A DNA stretch of 64,000 nt from Candidatus Chromulinivorax destructor (lineage in GTDB: Bacteria; Babelota; Babeliae; Babelales; Chromulinivoraceae), in assembly GCF_003366055.1 (NCBI RefSeq), contig NZ_CP025544.1:477278-541277 (forward strand). Reading direction: 5' to 3'. This document shows positions 59,539 to 64,000 of the stretch, in pieces. The notes beneath the pieces are model-generated. The model did no database searches. It had not been told where the DNA came from and saw only the letters and a list, made by a program, of their open reading frames with translations. Position numbers and translations under genes: made by a program. The stretch's first letter is position 1, and each line of letters begins with the position of its first letter.

Positions 59539-60234
59539 ATGAAAGAAAAAAATATAAAAACGCAAGAAAACAATCCTATTCTATTTGAACTGGAACAAGG
59601 ATATTGGCGTGAAAATAAAATTATTTGCGGTATTGATGAAGTTGGCAGAGGTTCTTTAGCTGGGCCTATTGTGACTGCTGCCGTCATTTTAAACCCCCAT
59701 GCTATAAACGTTTTTTTAAAAGATTCAAAGCTCATGACAAAAGTTCAGCTTGAAATTATTTCAAAGTGGATCATGATGAACAGCACTTACAACATTGGTA
59801 TAAGTAACAGCAGAATCATTGATCAAAAGAATATTTATGCTGCAACACAAATAACTATGAAAAAAGCACTATTTCATCTGTTGCAATCAACTGAAAAACA
59901 GCCTGATCTCATAGCAATTGATGCCATGCCACTCCCGTTAATTAATACACCCTATGAAAAAATCCCTGTTGCCTCATGGACGCAAGGTGAATCAAAATCA
60001 GCATCTATAGCAGCTGCATCAATTCTTGCAAAAGTAACTCGTGACAATATTATGAAAATTATGCATAACTCTTTTCCAGGCTATGGATTAGAAAAACATA
60101 AAGGATATGGAACAGCTGCTCACATACAAGCGCTTAAAAGTAATAAGGCTTGCGTTGTACATCGCTCAACATTTATCAAAAACTTTAAAGGAAAATCTGA
60201 TGAAACAGCAAAACAACAAAGCCTCTTCAGTTAA
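59539..60234 (+). CDS. rnhB: ribonuclease HII
   Basis: ICGIDEVGRGSLAGPIV (DEVGRG catalytic motif), HKGYG. Confidence 0.85.
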   Translation: MKEKNIKTQENNPILFELEQGYWRENKIICGIDEVGRGSLAGPIVTAAVILNPHAINVFLKDSKLMTKVQLEIISKWIMMNSTYNIGISNSRIIDQKNIYAATQITMKKALFHLLQSTEKQPDLIAIDAMPLPLINTPYEKIPVASWTQGESKSASIAAASILAKVTRDNIMKIMHNSFPGYGLEKHKGYGTAAHIQALKSNKACVVHRSTFIKNFKGKSDETAKQQSLFS

Positions 60235-60853
60235 AACAGACGAAACTTTTTTTGCTGAAATTCTTGAAAGCAACATTACCAACTGGCAAGCTCAAAGTTG
60301 GAAGTGGGATGCCATTCCTGAATTTGGTTCACTTGTCATTGCAACATCTGACAATCGTACGTTATTTGGTATTATTTATGACATTACAACAGGCCCTATT
60401 GACCCAATACGACAACCAGTTGCTTATCAAAAAACTCAAGAAGAACTCTTACAAGAACAACCACAAATTTTTGAATTTTTGACAACTTCTTTTTCGTGTC
60501 TTTCAATTGGTTATCAAGAAAATAATCAATTTTTTTATAACTTACCGCCACAGCCACCAAAAATGCATACATTTGTAGGCAATGCGACAACAGAACAGTA
60601 TGCAACATGTTTTTCACATGAGCATTTTTTACACCTTATATTTAATACAACAGAACAGATCAACAGAGAAGAACTTTTACTTGCAATCATACGGCATCAA
60701 TTACAACACAACGTATTAACCAAAAAACGACTCAATAAATTTATTGAATCGTTTTTTATGCTTAACAGGAATAATTACTTGCAAACAAAAATGTTTTTAC
60801 CTCGTTTGCAAAAACTTTTAGAATCTACTGCTGGCTGGCAGGAGCTGGCATAA
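60200..60853 (+). CDS. hypothetical protein (217 aa; start MKQQNNK with SD aaagga, overlaps rnhB 3' end)
   Basis: ORF; track start at 60107 lacks SD. Confidence 0.4.
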   Translation: MKQQNNKASSVKTDETFFAEILESNITNWQAQSWKWDAIPEFGSLVIATSDNRTLFGIIYDITTGPIDPIRQPVAYQKTQEELLQEQPQIFEFLTTSFSCLSIGYQENNQFFYNLPPQPPKMHTFVGNATTEQYATCFSHEHFLHLIFNTTEQINREELLLAIIRHQLQHNVLTKKRLNKFIESFFMLNRNNYLQTKMFLPRLQKLLESTAGWQELA

Positions 60854-61409
60854 CAATAATTTGTGGCCGAGTTTGTTGCTGCTTACCAAAAGAACCAAGT
60901 GCATACCCCCCAGTAGCACCAAGAACAACTCCAACCATTGCAACTCTTTTTTGGCCGCCTTCTTTTAACCACGTAAAAAAGCATTCAGAAAAACTTTTTG
61001 ACCCATGGTGATTAATTTGCACGTTTTCAATAACAACCGACTCCGCTTTTCCAAACAAACCTGATTTATTCATATGAATCGACTTGCGAGAGCCATCTTT
61101 TAATGAATCTTGTATCATAGGCTCAATAACTTCTGCCTGCTGGACGGTATCTTTTAAAGAATCTTCCAGCTGAGTTTTTAATTTTTGCATATCATACGTC
61201 TTTATCTTTTCTGCAAAAGATGTTGCTTGGGTCTGAACTTTCTGAGATATCTGCTTTGAATAAACCGCCAAACGACTAAGATACGAAGCCTGTAATCCAT
61301 TACAAAAACAAATTATTACTCCAAAAACAATGCAATACAATTTTTTAATCATGATAAAAACCTTTTTTAATATGTATATAATTAAAGATACCAGTCGATG
61401 TCTTTGCAC
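60825..61409 (-). CDS. secreted/membrane-anchored protein (194 aa), unknown
   Basis: N-terminal hydrophobic segment. Confidence 0.4.
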   Translation of the reverse strand: MQRHRLVSLIIYILKKVFIMIKKLYCIVFGVIICFCNGLQASYLSRLAVYSKQISQKVQTQATSFAEKIKTYDMQKLKTQLEDSLKDTVQQAEVIEPMIQDSLKDGSRKSIHMNKSGLFGKAESVVIENVQINHHGSKSFSECFFTWLKEGGQKRVAMVGVVLGATGGYALGSFGKQQQTRPQIIVMPAPASQQ

Positions 61410-61575
61410 GCAAACGGTGATAGGTATATTTAATGGTTCTGACTATCACATCTTTTTTGCACAATTATAAACAAAGTGCTTTGCGAAAATATTTTTCTTT
61501 GTGATACTTAATTAAAATAAAATGAGTCATTTTATAAGAGAAAATAACTCACCAAAAAAATTTAAAGGGTTATCT

Positions 61576-62493
61576 ATGTTTGGCTTTATTAAAAATACAT
61601 TACAAAAAATCTATAGTGCTGTTACTTCTCATTTCGTCTCTATATTTGCACAAAAAAAAATATCTCCAGAAACTTTAACTGAAATTGAAAAAATTTTAAT
61701 TACTGCTGACACCGGTATTACCACAACAAAAGTAATTATTTCTTCACTTGAAAAACAGTATGCTGCAGGTACGATTGTCGATGGTAAGCAGCTTCAACTA
61801 GCTTTAGAAAAAGAGCTTCTTGCAACCCTTGCACAAGCTCAAACAGCTCCAAAAAACTCTTCAATTTTCTTGCTTATTGGCATTAATGGCAGCGGCAAAA
61901 CAACATTTGCAGGCAAACTTGCATATTCATTTGTAAGCAAAGGTAAAACATGTATTCTTGCTGCCGCTGATACCTTTCGTGCAGCAGCTCCTGAACAACT
62001 CAAGTCATGGGCAACTGCGAGCGGTGCTGATATTTTTATGGGCAGCGCTCACCAAGACCCTGCTGCAATAGCCTTTGGAGCAACAGAAAAATTTAAACAG
62101 TCGCAAGCTGATGTTTTAATTATCGACACTGCGGGCAGACTGCAAACCAAAGAAAATTTAATGCGAGAAATCGAAAAAATAAAACGAGTTATTCAAAAAC
62201 AACTTCCAAATGCAACAATTCATACACTTTTAACTGTCGATGCTATGCTTGGGCAAAATTCATTTCAACAAGCAAAAATATTTCATGAAGCAGTAAAAAT
62301 TGATGGCATTGTCTTAACTAAAATTGATGGAACTGGTAAAGGCGGCATCATATTTTCTATCACACAAAATTTAAACATCCCGGTAGAATATATTTCATAC
62401 GGTGAAAAAATGGGCGATATGAAGCTGTTTAACTCGCAAGAATACGTCACCAGTCTCTTAGGATCATTTACTGATAAACAAACTCATGAATAA
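61576..62493 (+). CDS. ftsY: signal recognition particle receptor FtsY (short form: NG domain only; start MFGFIKN with SD aaaggg)
   Basis: G1 GINGSGKTT, DTAGR, TKIDG motifs; no M-domain, hence FtsY not Ffh. Confidence 0.85.
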   Translation: MFGFIKNTLQKIYSAVTSHFVSIFAQKKISPETLTEIEKILITADTGITTTKVIISSLEKQYAAGTIVDGKQLQLALEKELLATLAQAQTAPKNSSIFLLIGINGSGKTTFAGKLAYSFVSKGKTCILAAADTFRAAAPEQLKSWATASGADIFMGSAHQDPAAIAFGATEKFKQSQADVLIIDTAGRLQTKENLMREIEKIKRVIQKQLPNATIHTLLTVDAMLGQNSFQQAKIFHEAVKIDGIVLTKIDGTGKGGIIFSITQNLNIPVEYISYGEKMGDMKLFNSQEYVTSLLGSFTDKQTHE

Positions 62494-63316
62494 GCTCATT
62501 TTACAAATTACCCAAGCTACCAGCTTATCAACACAGCAAGCCTGGTGGTTGCTGGAACATGTTACAAAAAAAAACAGAACCCAACTTGAGTATAATCCCC
62601 ATGAGTTATCAGACGATGAGCAAGCTCAACTTGCTCATTACGTTCAAGAAGTCGCAGTTAAGCACAAACCACTTGCTTATATTCTTGGCTTTGTACCTTT
62701 TTTAGATCTTGAACTTATCGTACAGCCTCCTACGTTAATACCACGCCCAGAAACTGAGGCATGGGTACATGAAGTTATCTGTATGTTGAAAGAAACAAAT
62801 ATAGAAAATTTACGCATATTAGACCTTGGGACAGGTTCTGGCTGCATAGGGTTATCTCTTGCACAAGCACTTCCCTTAGCTCAAGTTTACTGCCTTGATA
62901 TTGCTCAATCAGCAGTAGATCTTGCTGCAAAAAATGCTCAAAAAAACAATATCTTGAACGTTAGATTTTTACAATCTGATCTTTTTGCACAACTGCCGCA
63001 AGGGTTAGAGTTTGATTTGATAGTTTCAAATCCGCCTTACATTGACCCTGCTGTTCAACTGGACAAATCAGTTGCAGCATGGGAAGATCATGGAGCGCTC
63101 TTTGCAATAAACAAAGGTATACAGATTATTGAGCAAATTATACAACAGGCTCATCATCACTTGAAAAAAAATGATGCACTTAATTACCAATTGATTATGG
63201 AAATCGATGCATCTCAAGGTGATATCGTACAAAAATTATTAGAAACTTATAATTTTAAAAATATACAGATCAAAAAAGATCAATTTGATCGTGATCGTAC
63301 TGCATGGGCTCAATAA
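62486..63316 (+). CDS. prmC: release-factor glutamine N5-methyltransferase PrmC/HemK
   Basis: SAM motif LDLGTGSGCI, catalytic NPPY (VSNPPYI). Confidence 0.8.
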   Translation: MNKLILQITQATSLSTQQAWWLLEHVTKKNRTQLEYNPHELSDDEQAQLAHYVQEVAVKHKPLAYILGFVPFLDLELIVQPPTLIPRPETEAWVHEVICMLKETNIENLRILDLGTGSGCIGLSLAQALPLAQVYCLDIAQSAVDLAAKNAQKNNILNVRFLQSDLFAQLPQGLEFDLIVSNPPYIDPAVQLDKSVAAWEDHGALFAINKGIQIIEQIIQQAHHHLKKNDALNYQLIMEIDASQGDIVQKLLETYNFKNIQIKKDQFDRDRTAWAQ

Positions 63317-63350
63317 AAAAGCTTCATGTTTTATGATGAAGCTTTTTTAT
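63315..63350 (+). terminator. terminator aaaagcttcat-gttttat-gatgaagctttt
   Basis: 10-bp stem + T-run after prmC. Confidence 0.55.
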
Positions 63351-63368
63351 TTTTAAAATTTCAGTGGC

Positions 63369-63767
63369 TTAAAACCAAGATGAAGATTTTTGTTTTTCTT
63401 CAACTTTTGGCTTTTCTTGAGATTTCTCCATTTCTTCATATTTATAAGCCGCATACAAAGCTGCGTATAATGATGCACAAGCTCCTGTTGCAACAGTGCC
63501 TCTATTTGGTAAATCCTTTGTTGCTTCAAATGATCCTAAACCATAATTAACTACATAACTGCACGTACCAACGACCAATGCAACATCAACACTTTTTAAA
63601 ATTATATCAGTAGATGCAATCGATGCTTTTTGTAAAGGCGTCCCATGCTTTGCTACATGCTTGCGGGCATCACTATATTCACGTAGAAACTTTTCAAACT
63701 CAGATTCAGGCTTTGCTACAACTAACGAGCTCATCATCAACAAGCTTATAAAAAATAATTTTTTCAT
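63369..63767 (-). CDS. secreted protein (132 aa), tandem paralog 1
   Basis: signal peptide MKKLFFISLLMMSSLVVA; C-term YKYEEMEKSQEK. Confidence 0.45.
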   Translation of the reverse strand: MKKLFFISLLMMSSLVVAKPESEFEKFLREYSDARKHVAKHGTPLQKASIASTDIILKSVDVALVVGTCSYVVNYGLGSFEATKDLPNRGTVATGACASLYAALYAAYKYEEMEKSQEKPKVEEKQKSSSWF

Positions 63768-63797
63768 TTTTTGATTTCGATTTATTTAATACAAAAT

Positions 63798-64000
63798 TAA
63801 GATTTTTTTTCTTCTTCAGATTTCTGCATTTCTTCATACTTATAAGATATGTACAAAATAGTCAATACTGATAAAGATGTTATTACTGCAATATTTCCTC
63901 TATCTGGCATGTCTTTTGTTGCATCAAAAGATGCTAAAATAGAATCAACAACACAACTACATCCACCTACAGTAAGTGCTACAGGAACAGCATCTAAAAC
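63798..64000 (-). CDS. secreted protein, tandem paralog 2 (3' part; 5' end beyond window)
   Basis: translates ...YKYEEMQKSEEEKKS* ; nucleotide similarity to 63400-63600. Confidence 0.4.

Noticed and set aside
60107-60199. Upstream in-frame start for the 60107-60853 ORF
   Set aside because: It lies inside rnhB without an SD. The MKQQNNK start at 60200 has an SD (aaaggaaaa) and is preferred.
1-64000. CRISPR arrays, rRNA or tRNA genes, transposase or integrase genes
   Set aside because: No regularly spaced short direct repeats, no tRNA-like T-arm (GTTCRANYC) or acceptor-stem patterns found by eye in intergenic regions, and no ORF with DDE or tyrosine-recombinase motifs. The repeat family present is non-coding and irregularly spaced.

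Overview
AT-rich (~30-33% GC by eye) bacterial chromosomal window, gene-dense on both strands. No rRNA or tRNA gene, CRISPR array, transposase or integrase was detected. Housekeeping genes recognisable from conserved motifs: typA/bipA, uvrB, leuS, class Ia ribonucleotide reductase nrdA-nrdB, membrane H+-pyrophosphatase hppA, murE (DNPR motif), a Na+/alanine symporter, ruvX, tsaB, rsmE, gpmI, truA, rpsF-rpsR, rnhB, ftsY, prmC, tmk, holB, an SPFH/NfeD pair, an M3 oligopeptidase and an MscK-type mechanosensitive channel. These are interleaved with a strikingly large set of small signal-peptide (secreted/lipo)proteins of no recognisable family, three ankyrin-repeat proteins, two bacterial RRM-type RNA-binding proteins, a duplicated secreted alpha/beta-hydrolase (GFSHGG) pair, and stand-alone secreted FtsH-derived domains (peptidase-only and AAA-only). 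This flavour suggests a host-associated or intracellular bacterium, but that is inference. Most notable non-genic structures: (i) a ~170-220 bp structured intergenic repeat family with a GC-rich core (4 copies plus a fragment, one inverted; copy C has ~20 bp terminal inverted repeats, MITE-like); (ii) a 278-bp direct duplication of the 3' end of typA plus its terminator, flanking a 677-bp insertion that carries a small secreted-protein gene and leaves an in-frame TypA C-terminal gene fragment; (iii) a recurring perfect palindromic terminator hairpin aagggaatc-N6-gattccctt at three loci, one with a flipped loop; (iv) a 552-bp in-frame tandem duplication inside an ankyrin gene. All coordinates are read from the sequence and the ORF track; product calls rest on motif recognition, not database searches.
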